Source: Comamonas sp. (lineage in GTDB: Bacteria; Pseudomonadota; Gammaproteobacteria; Burkholderiales; Burkholderiaceae_C). Taken from it: a stretch of DNA of 64,000 bases. This document shows, piece after piece, positions 1-11,069 of this stretch. The stretch spans positions 37,803 through 101,802 of the forward strand of contig JADMKK010000024.1 in the NCBI GenBank assembly GCA_015478895.1, given 5' to 3'. A program made the translations under genes and the position numbers. Position 1 is the stretch's first letter. Each line of letters begins with the position of its first letter. Under the pieces are notes generated by a model that did no database searches, was not told where the DNA came from, and was given only the letters and a program-made list of their open reading frames with translations.

Positions 1-532
1 ACTTGGCCGCTTCATCCAGCGGCAGACCAGGGATCAGCACACGGTCCAGCACGGGCTTGCCGTACTTGGACTCACCAATCTGGAAATACGGGGTTTCGCA
101 CGTCGATTCGATGAAGTTGCCGGCCGAGTACACCTGAAACAGGCGCATGCTCTCGCCCCTGATCTGCCCGCCAAACAGCATGGAAACGTTGAAGTCCACG
201 CCCGCACGTTTGAGCGCCACGCCATCGCGTTCATAGATATGGCGCACCGCAGCGCCCAGCACACGCGCCGCGTCAAACATGCTCTCGGCGTTCCAGATGG
301 TGAGCACCTTGTCCGAGGTATCGTCGCGAATGCTCATGGTCTGCAGCAGCTCACGCACCGATTGCGAGATGGACAAATTCCCCGCTGACAGCAGCGTCAT
401 GAAGCGGTCATCGGTCTTTTCGTAAATCATCATCTTGCGAAAAGAGTTGATTTGATCGAGGCCCGCATTCGTGCGCGAGTCGGATAAAAAAACCAGGCCG
501 GCGTCGAGCTTGATAGCGATGCAATAAGTCAT
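1..532 (-). CDS. Proteasome-type protease (Anbu family), 3' end cut by window edge
   Basis: Not in ORF track. Manual translation from ATG at 532 gives MTYCIAIKLDAGLVFLSDSRTNAGLDQINSFRKM, with an N-terminal Thr nucleophile and the DSRTNAG motif of Anbu/Ntn hydrolases. Confidence 0.9.
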   Translation of the reverse strand, partial: MTYCIAIKLDAGLVFLSDSRTNAGLDQINSFRKMMIYEKTDDRFMTLLSAGNLSISQSVRELLQTMSIRDDTSDKVLTIWNAESMFDAARVLGAAVRHIYERDGVALKRAGVDFNVSMLFGGQIRGESMRLFQVYSAGNFIESTCETPYFQIGESKYGKPVLDRVLIPGLPLDEAAK

Positions 533-606
533 GGGTGTCCATCGTTCAGTAAGCGGCCTTAGCAAGCCAAGGGGTGCCTGCATAGGGCGGAGGCTGGAAG
601 TGCATA

Positions 607-3300
607 TTACTTGCGTTGCGCCAGCTTCTTGAGCTGGTAGAGCGCTTCCAGTGCCTCGCGCGGGCTCAGGGCGTCAGGGTTGATCTTGTCCAGCGCATCT
701 TCCACCGGGGTGGCCTGCGGTGCCGACTCCGTCAAGGGCGGTGCGGCAAACAAATCCACCTGGTCAATACCGGCAGAGTCGCGCGCTTCCAAGGCTTGCA
801 GTGAATGGCGGGCGTGGTTCAGTACGGCAGCAGGCATGCCCGCCAGTTTGGCCACTTGCACCCCATAGCTGCGTGAGGCGGGGCCGGGTTGTATCTCGTG
901 CAAAAACACGATATCGCTGCCAGACTCCGCTGCGCCCACGTGCACGTTGACGGCAGCTTTGGCCTTGGCGGGCAGCTCGGTCAGCTCGAAGTAGTGCGTG
1001 GCAAACAGCGTGAAGGCCTTGGTCTTGTCGTGCAGCTGCGTGGCAATGCCGCTGGCCAGCGCCAGACCATCAAACGTACTGGTGCCACGGCCAATTTCGT
1101 CCATCAGCACTAGACTGTGCGGCGTGGCAGCGTGCAAAATTTGCGCGGCTTCTGTCATCTCCATCATGAAGGTGGACTGGGCATTGGCCAGATCATCGGC
1201 CGCGCCAATGCGGGTGTGAATGGCGTCAATCGGCCCCACGCGGCAGCTGGCTGCGGGCACATAGCTGCCGATGCTGGCCAGCAGCACGATCAGCGCCACC
1301 TGGCGCATGTAGGTCGATTTACCGCCCATATTGGGGCCGGTAATGATCTGCATGCGCGTGTTCACATTCATGCGCGTGTGGTTGGCGATAAAGCTGCCGC
1401 TGGAGGTTTCCGCCATGCGCGCTTCCACCACCGGGTGGCGTCCGCCTTCAATCTCAATGCACGGGTGGCTGACAAACTCCGGCTTGTTCCAGTTCAGCGT
1501 GAGCGAGCGCTCGGCCAGCGTACACAGCACGTCCAGCGCCGCAATCGCTTGCGCTACGCGGGTCAGGCCCGGTACATGCGGCTGCAACTGATCCAGGATT
1601 TGTTCGTACAGCAGCTTTTCGCGCTGCAGGCCGCGCTCTTGCGCGCTTAAGGCCTTGTCTTCAAACGCTTTAAGTTCGGGCGTGATGTAGCGCTCGGCGT
1701 TTTTGAGCGTCTGGCGGCGCTGGTAGCGCGCAGGCACCATCTCCTTGTAGCTGTTGGTGATTTCAATATAGAAACCATGCACCCGGTTGAACTGCACGCG
1801 CAGGTTCGGAATGTTGGTGAGCAGCTTTTCTTTGGCTTCCAGCTCCAGCAGGAACTCGTCGCAGTTGTTTTGAATGCTGCGCAACTCGTCCAGCTCGGCA
1901 TCAAAGCCGGTGGCAATCACACCGCCATCACGCACCAGCGCGGCAGGTTCTTCCATGATGGCCACCGCCAGCAAATCCGCACAATCTGCCGGCGGCACCA
2001 AGTCCTGAAAAATCTGGTTCAAATAGGCCACTGGGGCAGGCGGGGTCTGGGCAAGCAGCTGCGCTTTTTGTAGCGTCTTGCCCAGCGCCACCAGCTCGCG
2101 CGGGCGTACTTGGCGCAAAGCGGTGCGGGCCGTGATGCGTTCTACATCGCTCACGCCTTTGAGTTCGGCGCGCAGCGCTTGCCAGGGCATGCTGCCGCCC
2201 AGCGCATCGTTGCCGCGCAGCACCTCGGTGGCGCCCAGGCGCGCCATGGCTTGGGCACGGTCACGTTGGGGCTCCAGCAACCAGCTTTTCAGCAAGCGGC
2301 TGCCCATGCCAGTCATGCAGGTATCCAAGAGCGAAAACAGCGTGGGGCTGTCTTCTCCGCGCAAGGTTTTCACCAGCTCCAGATTGCGGCGCGTGGTGGG
2401 CGGCAGGTTGATGAGCTGGTCATCGCGCTGCACCTGCAGGCTGTGAATGTGGGTGAGGTTGCGGCCCTGCGTGTGCTCGGCGTAGCTGAGCAGAGCGGCG
2501 CTGGCCGCGTGGGCCAGTGGCAGTGCTTCGGCTTCCCAAGCCTTCAGGCTGGCCGCGCCCAAGAGTTCGAGCAGCTTGCGCTCACCCAAGCCGGTGTCAA
2601 ACTGCCAGTCGGGGCGCGGCGACAGCGGGCAGACCATGGTGCCGCTGTGCTTGAGCGCAAACAAGCCTTGTTCAAAGCGCTCGGTGACTCCGGCGCTGTA
2701 AATCACTTCACTGGGGCCAATGCGCGCCAACCATTCACCCAGTTCGTCCTGACCGCATTCCGCCAGATGAATGCGCCCTTGCGTCACGCTCATCCACGCC
2801 AGCCCGCAGCGCTGGCGGCCGGCTGTATGCAGGGCCACCAGCATGGCCTCGGCCTTGTCACTCAGTAACTCGGTGTCGGTCAGGGTGCCCGGCGTCACCA
2901 CGCGCACCACTTTGCGCTCGACAGGGCCTTTGCTCGCGCCCACTTCACCGACTTGTTCGCAAATCGCTACCGATTCGCCCATCTTGATGAGCCGTGCCAG
3001 ATAGCCTTCCAGCGCATGAAAGGGCACACCGGCCATCGCTACCGGAAAACCGGCCGACTGCCCGCGCGTGGTCAGCGTGATGTCCAGCAGGCGCGCGGCT
3101 TTTTCGGCATCGTCCCAGAAGACTTCGTAGAAGTCGCCCATGCGGTAGAGGACCAGGGTCTCAGGGTGGTCTTTTTTGAGACGAATATATTGCGCCATCA
3201 TGGGAGTGTGGTTCTCCAAGGGCGCATCAAAAGGCGAGGCGGGGGTGGTCTGCACGCGGTCGTTGTTTTGCTTGTGCGTGGAAACTTCGGTGATGGACAA
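607..3300 (-). CDS. mutS: DNA mismatch repair protein MutS
   Basis: TPMMAQY and GDFYE mismatch-binding motifs, Walker [19 protein letters not shown]; start uncertain. Confidence 0.98.
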   Translation of the reverse strand: MSITEVSTHKQNNDRVQTTPASPFDAPLENHTPMMAQYIRLKKDHPETLVLYRMGDFYEVFWDDAEKAARLLDITLTTRGQSAGFPVAMAGVPFHALEGYLARLIKMGESVAICEQVGEVGASKGPVERKVVRVVTPGTLTDTELLSDKAEAMLVALHTAGRQRCGLAWMSVTQGRIHLAECGQDELGEWLARIGPSEVIYSAGVTERFEQGLFALKHSGTMVCPLSPRPDWQFDTGLGERKLLELLGAASLKAWEAEALPLAHAASAALLSYAEHTQGRNLTHIHSLQVQRDDQLINLPPTTRRNLELVKTLRGEDSPTLFSLLDTCMTGMGSRLLKSWLLEPQRDRAQAMARLGATEVLRGNDALGGSMPWQALRAELKGVSDVERITARTALRQVRPRELVALGKTLQKAQLLAQTPPAPVAYLNQIFQDLVPPADCADLLAVAIMEEPAALVRDGGVIATGFDAELDELRSIQNNCDEFLLELEAKEKLLTNIPNLRVQFNRVHGFYIEITNSYKEMVPARYQRRQTLKNAERYITPELKAFEDKALSAQERGLQREKLLYEQILDQLQPHVPGLTRVAQAIAALDVLCTLAERSLTLNWNKPEFVSHPCIEIEGGRHPVVEARMAETSSGSFIANHTRMNVNTRMQIITGPNMGGKSTYMRQVALIVLLASIGSYVPAASCRVGPIDAIHTRIGAADDLANAQSTFMMEMTEAAQILHAATPHSLVLMDEIGRGTSTFDGLALASGIATQLHDKTKAFTLFATHYFELTELPAKAKAAVNVHVGAAESGSDIVFLHEIQPGPASRSYGVQVAKLAGMPAAVLNHARHSLQALEARDSAGIDQVDLFAAPPLTESAPQATPVEDALDKINPDALSPREALEALYQLKKLAQRK

Positions 3301-3455
3301 AACGCAAATTCCTTGTGGTGAGCGGGCACGGTAAGCGGTGGCCCGTCAAGATCAAGGCGAAATTATCCGGGATGCGCTGGGCGGCCGTACAGCGCAAACC
3401 AAACAGCCGCAAGGCTTGGGGCACTTGCGGCTGTTTGCTGAACGCAATTGAGCGA

Positions 3456-3776
3456 TTACTTGGCAGGGATCGCCAGCCAGGCTTCGTCATACGCATCCTG
3501 GTGCGGGCGCTCTAACCAGATCAAACGCATGCGCGCCTGGATTTCGGGCGTGGCCCAGGCTGGAGGGGGGCGGCGCGTGGGCGTGGCAGCGTGGCCTTCT
3601 ACGTCAAACGGCACGTCCTGCTTGACGTTGTCCAGCACATAAGCGATCAGCTCCTTGCTGGCATCGGCGGTGATGAGCTGGTTGGTGGCGTTGTAAGCAG
3701 CGGCTTTACCTGTCTCGGGGTCGAGCAGCAAAGTGTAGGGCAACTGGGCTTTGGCGGTTTTGGTGAGTGCGGGCAT
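3456..3776 (-). CDS. Hypothetical protein (~106 aa)
   Basis: ATG at 3776 within track ORF 3456..4049; protein-like composition; fills the suhB-mutS gap; no recognised motif. Confidence 0.6.
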   Translation of the reverse strand: MPALTKTAKAQLPYTLLLDPETGKAAAYNATNQLITADASKELIAYVLDNVKQDVPFDVEGHAATPTRRPPPAWATPEIQARMRLIWLERPHQDAYDEAWLAIPAK

Positions 3777-3825
3777 GGGGGTGGCTTCTGTGAGAGTGGG
3801 TGCTAGGGACAACAGCAACGGCATG

Positions 3826-3859
3826 AAAAAACCGCCGGGCCTGACCGGCTGCGGCGGTT
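3826..3859 (-). terminator. Intrinsic terminator after suhB
   Basis: AACCGCCG...CGGCGGTT stem followed by a T-run on the minus strand. Confidence 0.65.
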
Positions 3860-3907
3860 CCATCGTAAAGCGCTGGGGCGCGCTGCTTGGGGCAGCGCGG
3901 CAAAAGC

Positions 3908-4789
3908 TTAGTCGTTGGCTTCTTCTTCCTTTTTGTCGGCGGCCACGCCAGCAGCTACGCCCAGCTTGTCTTGCACACCGGCAAACTTGCTGTACTTGGT
4001 GAGCACCGGCACCAGTTGGCCATAGGCGCGGGGGTTGCCGGCCAGGCATTCGGCCTGTTCCAGGAAGTCGGCTTCGCCGGTGAAGTTGCCCACCAGACCA
4101 CCGGCTTCGGTGATCAGCAAGCTGCCTGCGGCCACGTCCCAGATGTTCAGGCCCGATTCAAAGAAACCATCGGTAAAGCCAGCGGCCACGTAGGCCAGGT
4201 CCAGCGCTGCAGCGCCGGGGCGGCGTACACCGGCCACACGCTGGGTCACGTCGGCAAACATGCGCATATAGCTGCGCAGGTTGTCGCCGGGACGGTAGGG
4301 GAAGCCGGTGGAGATCAGGCAGTCCTTGAGCTGGGTGCGCTTGGAGACGCGGATGCGGCGTTCGTTCAAGAACGCGCCACGGCCACGGGTGGCGGTGAAC
4401 AAGTCGTTGCGGCTGGGGTCGTACACCACGGCGTGTTCGATCTTGCCCTTGAAGGACAAGGCAATGCTCACTGCGTAGACAGGAAAGCCGTGGATAAAGT
4501 TGGTGGTGCCGTCCAGCGGATCAATGATCCAGACGAAGTCCGAGTTGGGGTTGCCGAACTCGTTGCCGGTTTCCTCGCCCAAGATACCGTGGTCAGGGTA
4601 TGCACCCAGCAGGGTGTCGATGATGATGCGCTCAGCCGCTTGGTCGACTTCGGTGACGAAGTCATTGACTTGCTTTTGCGCTACACGAACCGATTCAACG
4701 TCCAGCGCGGCGCGGTTGATGATGGCGCCGGCGGCGCGTGCAGCCTTGATGGCCACGTTGAGCATGGGGTGCAGGGAGGAAGACGACAT
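3908..4789 (-). CDS. suhB: Inositol monophosphatase family / Nus factor SuhB
   Basis: [12 protein letters not shown] and WDVAAG motifs; divergent from trmJ as usual. Confidence 0.95.
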   Translation of the reverse strand: MSSSSLHPMLNVAIKAARAAGAIINRAALDVESVRVAQKQVNDFVTEVDQAAERIIIDTLLGAYPDHGILGEETGNEFGNPNSDFVWIIDPLDGTTNFIHGFPVYAVSIALSFKGKIEHAVVYDPSRNDLFTATRGRGAFLNERRIRVSKRTQLKDCLISTGFPYRPGDNLRSYMRMFADVTQRVAGVRRPGAAALDLAYVAAGFTDGFFESGLNIWDVAAGSLLITEAGGLVGNFTGEADFLEQAECLAGNPRAYGQLVPVLTKYSKFAGVQDKLGVAAGVAADKKEEEAND

Positions 4790-4989
4790 AGATTGTGATG
4801 TTGGCGCCCAGTGGACCACCCCCAAATTTCAAATCTTGACTCTCACAACCTGGGATGGTGCACCGCTGAACGCGGATGATGAACGGGTGCGCACACGCCC
4901 GGCGATACGGACAGCGACAATAGGGCGCAAATTCTAACCGTCTTGCCCGATTTTTGCTGCCTGCATGTTCAATGCGGGCCCATGCCCCA

Positions 4990-5790
4990 ATGAAAACCCG
5001 TTTTATCCTGATTGAGACCAGCCATGCTGGCAACGTGGGTGCTGCTGCCCGCGCCATGAAAACCATGGGCTTTGACGACTTGGTACTGGTGCGTCCGCGC
5101 TGGGCCAATGTGCTGCGCAAGGAAGAAACCATCCAGCGCGCCAGCGGTGCTTTGGATGTGCTGAACAACGCACGCATCGTGGAAACCGTCGATGAAGCCG
5201 TCGAGGGCCTGTCCCACCTGTGCGCCACCGCCATGACGCCGCGTGACTTTGGCCCGCCCACACGTGCACCCCGTCAGCATTTTGAAATGCTCATCAAAGG
5301 AGAGCTAAAGGCCCAGGTGCCACAAGGGTTAGAGGCTGATTTGGCTGAAAATTCAGTGCTGCCTGAGAGCATCCATGGTGAAACTGGCGTGGGGCTGCTG
5401 TTTGGCTGTGAGCGCTTTGGTATGGCCAATGAGGATGTGTACCGCTGCAATGTGGCGCTGAGCATTCCATCGAACCCGCAGTTTGGTTCGCTGAACCTGG
5501 GGGGGGCCATTCAGCTGCTGGCCTATGAGTGGCGCCAGGCGCTGGGCGGCTTTCCGGCAGTGGCACACCCCCCGCCGGCGCAGCGCGCAGACATGCAGCA
5601 AGTGGCGGGCATGCTCGGGCACTGGGAGCAGGCTCTGGCGCACCTTGGTTTCCTGGACCCTGCAGCCCCTAAAAAACTGATGCCGCGCCTCAACCAGATG
5701 TTTAACCGCGCGCAACTGACGCAAGAGGAAATCCACATCCTGCGCGGTGTCGCCAAAGCCATGCTCCAAAGCCAGTCGCCAAAGCACTAA
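4990..5790 (+). CDS. trmJ: tRNA/rRNA SPOUT methyltransferase TrmJ
   Basis: [22 protein letters not shown] and SLNLG SPOUT motifs; carries an internal ~24-aa insertion. Confidence 0.92.
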   Translation: MKTRFILIETSHAGNVGAAARAMKTMGFDDLVLVRPRWANVLRKEETIQRASGALDVLNNARIVETVDEAVEGLSHLCATAMTPRDFGPPTRAPRQHFEMLIKGELKAQVPQGLEADLAENSVLPESIHGETGVGLLFGCERFGMANEDVYRCNVALSIPSNPQFGSLNLGGAIQLLAYEWRQALGGFPAVAHPPPAQRADMQQVAGMLGHWEQALAHLGFLDPAAPKKLMPRLNQMFNRAQLTQEEIHILRGVAKAMLQSQSPKH

Positions 5791-5827
5791 ACTGTGCAGC
5801 CCTTTTGTAACAAGTGACGGCCCATTG

Positions 5828-6703
5828 ATGCTTTCCCGACTGCGTTCTGACATCCAGTGCATTCTTGACCGCGATCCTGCGGCGCGCAGCACGTGGGAGG
5901 TCATCACTTGTTACCCCGGCCTGCACGCGATCTGGTGGCACATTCCCGCCCACTGGTGCTGGACGCACAATCTCAAGTGGCTGGGCCGTTTTACCTCGCA
6001 CATTGGGCGTTGGCTTACAGGCATTGAAATTCACCCTGGCGCCAAGATTGGCGAGCGTGTCTTTATCGACCACGGCATGGGCGTGGTGATTGGCGAGACG
6101 GCGGTAGTGGGCGATGGCTGCACCATCTACCACGGCGTGACGCTGGGCGGCACCTCGCTGTACAAGGGCACCAAGCGCCATCCCACGCTGGGCAAGAACG
6201 TGGTGGTGTCGGCCGGAGCCAAGGTGCTGGGCGGCTTTGACGTGGGAGACGACGCCAAGATTGGCTCCAACGCTGTAGTGATCAAACCCGTGCCTGCCGG
6301 TGCGACTGCGGTGGGCATTCCGGCCCGCATCATTCCTTCCAAGCAGGGGGAAAGTGCCGATGTGACCGAGATGGGAGCGCAAGCGGTGGCCAGCCCGGCG
6401 GTGGTTCCAAGTCTGGATGCGGCCAACACGGCTGCCACTGAAGCTGCAGCTACGGCCCAACCCGATCCTTGTGCCGGACAGAACAATGCTTTCAGCGCTT
6501 ACGGCGTGACCGAAGATGACCCCATCAGCCAGGCCATGAAGGGTCTGGCCGAAGGCACGGCTTCGCACGAGCAGCAATTGAAAATGCTGTGGGCAGCGGT
6601 AGAGAAACTGTCCGCGCAGCTCCAGAACGATTGCTTGCCTTGTGAAAGCGAGCGTGGCGGGCATTTTGAAAAAGCCAAGATTGACCAGATTTTGGGCAAG
6701 TGA
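5828..6703 (+). CDS. cysE: Serine O-acetyltransferase
   Basis: RDPAARS, hexapeptide repeats ([18 protein letters not shown]). Confidence 0.95.
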   Translation: MLSRLRSDIQCILDRDPAARSTWEVITCYPGLHAIWWHIPAHWCWTHNLKWLGRFTSHIGRWLTGIEIHPGAKIGERVFIDHGMGVVIGETAVVGDGCTIYHGVTLGGTSLYKGTKRHPTLGKNVVVSAGAKVLGGFDVGDDAKIGSNAVVIKPVPAGATAVGIPARIIPSKQGESADVTEMGAQAVASPAVVPSLDAANTAATEAAATAQPDPCAGQNNAFSAYGVTEDDPISQAMKGLAEGTASHEQQLKMLWAAVEKLSAQLQNDCLPCESERGGHFEKAKIDQILGK

Positions 6704-6726
6704 GCACGCTTGCACTGCGCAATCAC

Positions 6727-6750
6727 AAAGAGGCCTGTTCAGGCCTCTTT
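6727..6750 (+). terminator. Hairpin/terminator after cysE (AGGCCT-N4-AGGCCT type)
   Basis: AAAGAGGCCT-GTTC-AGGCCTCTTT followed by a T-rich tract. Confidence 0.65.
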
Positions 6751-6869
6751 CTTTTTTCTCCGGGCCAACCCTGAAAACGTCGCCAAGGTGGCCTGGCTGT
6801 CTGGCGCAGTCTTGTACGCTTGCGGGTGATTATTTATCAACAACCCTCTAGAGACAGGAAAAATTTGCC

Positions 6870-7529
6870 ATGGATGTGTCCCAAGCCTTGCGTGCGCGCC
6901 GTTCTGTGCGTGCCTTTACCGACCAAGTGCCTTCTGCCGATCTGGTGCAGCAGTTGATGCAAGATGCAGCCCTGGCCGCTTCAGGCGGCAACATGCAGCC
7001 TTGGCGCGTAGCGGCCATCACTGGTGACGCGCTGCAAGCCATGCTGGGCGATGTGGCACAGACGCCGGGCGAAGAAAACCCCGCCCACCTGTCCTACCCC
7101 ACCAATCTGTGGGAGCCGTACCGCACACGCCGCTTTGCCAATGGCGAAGATCTGTACAAGAGCATTGGCGTGCCACGCGAAGACAAAGCAGGGCGCTTGA
7201 AGCAACTGGCCAAGAATGCGCAATTCTTTGGCGCACCCGTGGGCATCATCATGTTCACGGAAGAGCGCATGGGCCCGGTGCAGTGGATGGACTTGGGCAT
7301 TTACCTGCAGTCCTTCATGCTGCGCGCCGCTGAAGAAGGCCTGGCCACTTGCGCCCAAGGCTTCTGGCGCCGTTATGACACCGTGGTCAAACAACACATC
7401 GAAGTGCCGGAAGGCTATCTGGTGACCTTTGGCATTGCGCTGGGCTACGAAGACAAGACGGCCCCCATTAACACCATGCGTGCCACGCGTGCAGAGTTTG
7501 AAGAGTGGGGGCAGCTCAAGGGCTTCTAA
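6870..7529 (+). CDS. Nitroreductase family protein
   Basis: RRSVRAF, ASGGNMQPW and FFGAPVG motifs. Confidence 0.92.
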   Translation: MDVSQALRARRSVRAFTDQVPSADLVQQLMQDAALAASGGNMQPWRVAAITGDALQAMLGDVAQTPGEENPAHLSYPTNLWEPYRTRRFANGEDLYKSIGVPREDKAGRLKQLAKNAQFFGAPVGIIMFTEERMGPVQWMDLGIYLQSFMLRAAEEGLATCAQGFWRRYDTVVKQHIEVPEGYLVTFGIALGYEDKTAPINTMRATRAEFEEWGQLKGF

Positions 7530-7545
7530 ACAGCAGCCAGCTACC

Positions 7546-7575
7546 AAAAAGCGCTTCCTTGGAAGCGCTTTTTTT
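7546..7575. terminator. Bidirectional terminator between nitroreductase and map
   Basis: AAAAAGCGCTTCC-TT-GGAAGCGCTTTTTTT between convergent genes. Confidence 0.85.
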
Positions 7576-7591
7576 GTGGCCGATCAGATGC

Positions 7592-8398
7592 TTACGGCTT
7601 GGCGTATTGGCCGGTGCCTTCTGGCCACGGCGTCAGCACTTCATAACCATCGGCGGTCACGGCCACCATGTGCTCCCACTGCGCGGACAGCGATTTATCT
7701 TTGGTAATCACCGTCCAGCCATCGTCAAGCTCTTTGGTGTCGTGCTTGCCCATGTTGAGCATGGGTTCGATGGTGAAGATCATGCCTTCTTGCAGCGTCA
7801 TGCCCTGGCCGGGGTAGCCGTAGTGCAGCACTTGCGGCTCATCATGGTAAGTCTGGCCAATGCCGTGACCGCAGTAATCGCGCACGATGGAGAAACCATC
7901 GCGCTGGGCCACGGTCTGGATGGCATGGCCGATGTCGCCCAGCGTCGCGCCGGGCTTGACGGCGCGGATGCCCGCCACCATGGCTTCATAAGTAGTGTCG
8001 ATCAGCTTTTGTGCCTTGGGCTGTACCGTGCCCACGGTGTACATGCGCGAGGTGTCGCCAAACCAGCCGTCTTTGATTAAGGCCACGTCCACGTTGACGA
8101 TGTCACCGTCCTTGAGGATTTCCTTGGGGGTAGGAATGCCGTGGCACACGACGTGGTTCACCGAGGTACACACCGTCTTGGGAAAGCCGTGGTAGCCGAT
8201 GTTGGCGGGGATGCACTTCAATTCATCGACGATGAAGTCGTGGCACAGCTGGTCCAGGTGCTCGGTACTCACGCCGGGTTGCACGTGGGGCGTGAGCATG
8301 TCCAGCACGCGGGCAGCCAGTTGTCCGGCTGCGCGGGACTTGGCAATGTCGAGTGGGTCGTGAATGGGGGGCAGGCGGCGAAGAGGACGTTTGGCCAT
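7592..8398 (-). CDS. map: Type I methionine aminopeptidase
   Basis: VVCHGIP, DGDIVNVD, GDTSR, CGHGIG, IEPM and AQWEH metal-ligand motifs. Confidence 0.96.
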   Translation of the reverse strand: MAKRPLRRLPPIHDPLDIAKSRAAGQLAARVLDMLTPHVQPGVSTEHLDQLCHDFIVDELKCIPANIGYHGFPKTVCTSVNHVVCHGIPTPKEILKDGDIVNVDVALIKDGWFGDTSRMYTVGTVQPKAQKLIDTTYEAMVAGIRAVKPGATLGDIGHAIQTVAQRDGFSIVRDYCGHGIGQTYHDEPQVLHYGYPGQGMTLQEGMIFTIEPMLNMGKHDTKELDDGWTVITKDKSLSAQWEHMVAVTADGYEVLTPWPEGTGQYAKP

Positions 8399-8531
8399 GA
8401 AGTACTTGGCGTCAGCGCAAGGCTGGCGGTGGTGGAAATTTGAACGCTCACACTGTAGCGTGTTGATGAAGAGCTTGCGTTTACCTGCCGGACAACGAGC
8501 ACGTGCGGCTGCGCGTAGTTATTTAAAAATA

Positions 8532-8611
8532 AGAGCTGCATGCCCTTATAAATGCTTGATTTCAGCTATTAAAGTAGCTGAAAGCGAGGTTTGGTGACGG
8601 CATGTAGCTAT
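8532..8611. repeat. 80-bp palindromic element, copy 1
   Basis: AGAGCTGCATGCCC...ACGGCATGTAGCTAT ends; inner TTCAGCTA/TAGCTGAA. Confidence 0.8.
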
Positions 8612-8617
8612 CAAAAT

Positions 8618-8649
8618 AAAAGCCCGCCAGCTTTGCAGCCAACGGGCTT
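8618..8649 (-). terminator. Probable terminator after gltA
   Basis: AAGCCCG...CGGGCTT stem with T-run on the minus strand. Confidence 0.55.
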
Positions 8650-8686
8650 GGTCGCCACCGAGCTGCCGTAACGGCAGCCGAAGTGA

Positions 8687-9997
8687 TTAACGCTGGGCCA
8701 TAGGCTTGACGTCGCGGGCCACCGAGCCGGTGAACAGCTGGCGAGGACGGCCGATCTTGTACTCAGGGTCACCCATTTGCTCGTTCAGCTGGGCAATCCA
8801 GCCTACAGTGCGTGCCAGTGCGAAGATGCCGGTGAACAGGTTCACTGGAATGCCGATGGCGCGCTGCACGATGCCGGAGTAAAAGTCCACATTGGGGTAG
8901 AGCTTGCGCGAGACGAAGTAGTCGTCTTCCAGTGCAATCTTTTCTACTTGCTTGGCCAGCGCGAACAATGGATCGTTTTCCAGACCCAGTTCTTGCAGGA
9001 TTTCGTTGCAAGTTTCTTGCATCAAGGTCGCGCGTGGATCGTAGTTCTTGTAGACGCGGTGGCCAAAACCCATCAGCTTGACGCCGCTGTTTTTGTCCTT
9101 GGCTTTTTCCATGAACTCGCCCACCTTGGCAATGCCGCCATTGCGCTGGATTTCGTCGAGCATGTTCAAGCACGCTTCGTTGGCGCCGCCATGGGCAGGG
9201 CCCCACAGGCAGGCAACGCCGGCGGAAATCGCTGCGAAGGGGTTGGTGCCCGACGAGCCGCACAGGCGCACGGTGGAAGTCGACGCATTCTGTTCGTGGT
9301 CCGCATGCAGGATAAAGATGCGATCCAGGGCCTTTTCGACCACAGGGTTGACCTTGTATTCTTCACAAGGGTTGCCGAACATCATGCGCATGAAGTTGCC
9401 TGCATAAGACAGGTCATTCTTCGGGTACATGTAAGGCTGGCCGACGCCGTACTTGTAAGCCATGGACACCAGCGTAGGCATCTTGGCGATCAAGCGGATC
9501 GCGGCGATTTCGCGGTGCTCGGGGTTGGTGATGTCAGTGCTGTCGTGGTAGAAGGCCGACATGCCGCCGACCAAGCCTGTCAACACCGCCATCGGGTGCG
9601 CATCACGGCGAAAGCCACGCAGGAAGAACTGCATCTGCTCGTTGACCATGGTGTGCTGGGTCACGCGGTTTTCGAAGTCAGCCTTTTGGCTCTCGTTGGG
9701 CAGATCGCCGTACAACAGCAGGTAGCAGGTTTCCAGGAAATTGCAGTTCTTGGCCAGTTGTTCGATGGGGTAGCCACGGTACAACAACTCGCCTTTGTCG
9801 CCATCAATATAGGTGATGGCCGACTGGCAAGCCGCCGTAGAGAGGAAGCCCGGGTCATAGGTAAACATGCCCGATTGGCCGTACAGCTTGCGGATGTCAA
9901 TCACATCCGGGCCGACGCTGCCTTGATAGACCGGCAGATCAACGCTGGGCGCGCCGTTGCTAAATGACAGGGTTGCTTTGTTATCAGCGAGTTTCAT
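8687..9997 (-). CDS. gltA: Citrate synthase (type II)
   Basis: [35 protein letters not shown]. Confidence 0.98.
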   Translation of the reverse strand: MKLADNKATLSFSNGAPSVDLPVYQGSVGPDVIDIRKLYGQSGMFTYDPGFLSTAACQSAITYIDGDKGELLYRGYPIEQLAKNCNFLETCYLLLYGDLPNESQKADFENRVTQHTMVNEQMQFFLRGFRRDAHPMAVLTGLVGGMSAFYHDSTDITNPEHREIAAIRLIAKMPTLVSMAYKYGVGQPYMYPKNDLSYAGNFMRMMFGNPCEEYKVNPVVEKALDRIFILHADHEQNASTSTVRLCGSSGTNPFAAISAGVACLWGPAHGGANEACLNMLDEIQRNGGIAKVGEFMEKAKDKNSGVKLMGFGHRVYKNYDPRATLMQETCNEILQELGLENDPLFALAKQVEKIALEDDYFVSRKLYPNVDFYSGIVQRAIGIPVNLFTGIFALARTVGWIAQLNEQMGDPEYKIGRPRQLFTGSVARDVKPMAQR

Positions 9998-10058
9998 TTC
10001 CAACTTCCTTCTCGGAGTGGCCAGCATCTAAGGCCGGCCTTTTTTGCAAGCTGTGTCG

Positions 10059-10334
10059 TCAAACGGGCTTGCGCACCATTTGCAACACTTCTCTAACTTC
10101 TGGGGTGTCTAAGGACTCTTCGGGCTCCTTGCGTCGCAAGAAGAGATCCATCAGATCGTTGTCTGCCAAATCGTTCAGGGCAGCCAGACCAATTGCGTGT
10201 CTCCGCGTCAATTGGCTGCCATGGTTGGCAAAAAATTGCTCGAGGTACAGGTCGTTTTCGACCAAGCCACGGCGGCTGCGCCACCGTAGCAAGTCGCGTT
10301 CCTTCTCGTCGAGGAGTGCGTCTCGATCGCTCAT
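10059..10334 (-). CDS. sdhE: Succinate dehydrogenase FAD assembly factor SdhE
   Basis: LRWRSRRGLVENDL (RRG-x-x-E-x-D motif); position within the sdh operon. Confidence 0.92.
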   Translation of the reverse strand: MSDRDALLDEKERDLLRWRSRRGLVENDLYLEQFFANHGSQLTRRHAIGLAALNDLADNDLMDLFLRRKEPEESLDTPEVREVLQMVRKPV

Positions 10335-10337
10335 GGA

Positions 10338-11042
10338 TTAGACGGCGCGACGCACCATCAGCTCCTTGATCTTGCCAATGGCCTTGGTAGGGTTCAAGTG
10401 CTTAGGGCAGACGTCCACGCAGTTCATGATGGTGTGGCAACGGAACAAGCGGTAAGGGTCTTGCAGGTTATCCAGACGCTCGCCTGTGGCTGTGTCGCGG
10501 CTGTCCGCAATGAAGCGGTAAGCCTGCAGCAGGCCAGCCGGGCCCACGAACTTGTCAGGGTTCCACCAGAACGAAGGGCAGCTGGTCGAGCAGCTGGCGC
10601 ACAAGATGCATTCGTACAGGCCGTTGAGCTCTTCGCGCTCTTCGGGCGACTGCAGGCGCTCCTTGTTCGTTGTAGCGTAAATGTCGCTTTGCAGGTACGG
10701 CTTGATGGAGTGGTACTGCTTGAAGAACTGCGTCATGTCCACGATCATGTCGCGGATCACTGGCAGGCCGGGCAGCGGCTTCAACACGATGTCACCCTTG
10801 AGGGTGTTCATGTTGGTCAAGCACGCCAGACCGTTCTTGCCATTGATGTTCATGGCGTCCGAACCACACACACCTTCGCGGCAGGAGCGGCGGAACGAGA
10901 TCGTGGGATCTTGTTCCTTGAGCTTGACCAGGGCGTCCAGCAGCATGCGCTCATGGCCGTCGAGTTCGATCTCCACGGTCTGCATGTAGGGCTTGGCGTC
11001 TTTATCGGGATCGTAGCGGTAGAGTTTGAATGTACGCTTCAT
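10338..11042 (-). CDS. sdhB: Succinate dehydrogenase Fe-S subunit
   Basis: SCREGVCGSD, CILCASCSTSCP, CHTIMNCVDVCP. Confidence 0.98.
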   Translation of the reverse strand: MKRTFKLYRYDPDKDAKPYMQTVEIELDGHERMLLDALVKLKEQDPTISFRRSCREGVCGSDAMNINGKNGLACLTNMNTLKGDIVLKPLPGLPVIRDMIVDMTQFFKQYHSIKPYLQSDIYATTNKERLQSPEEREELNGLYECILCASCSTSCPSFWWNPDKFVGPAGLLQAYRFIADSRDTATGERLDNLQDPYRLFRCHTIMNCVDVCPKHLNPTKAIGKIKELMVRRAV

Positions 11043-11069
11043 TTTTGAATTCTCTCGTGGGCTGCTGGA

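Noticed and set aside
4870-4890. boxA upstream of suhB
   Set aside because: Best candidate GTTCATCA has two mismatches in the invariant core; too weak.
6350-6490. Ala-rich insertion in the CysE C-terminus as another repeat-derived segment
   Set aside because: Only a short GCAGCTAC match to the repeat end; looks like an ordinary low-complexity linker.
8399-8530. Open frame continuing upstream of map
   Set aside because: No start codon before the in-frame stop and no similarity to a known protein.
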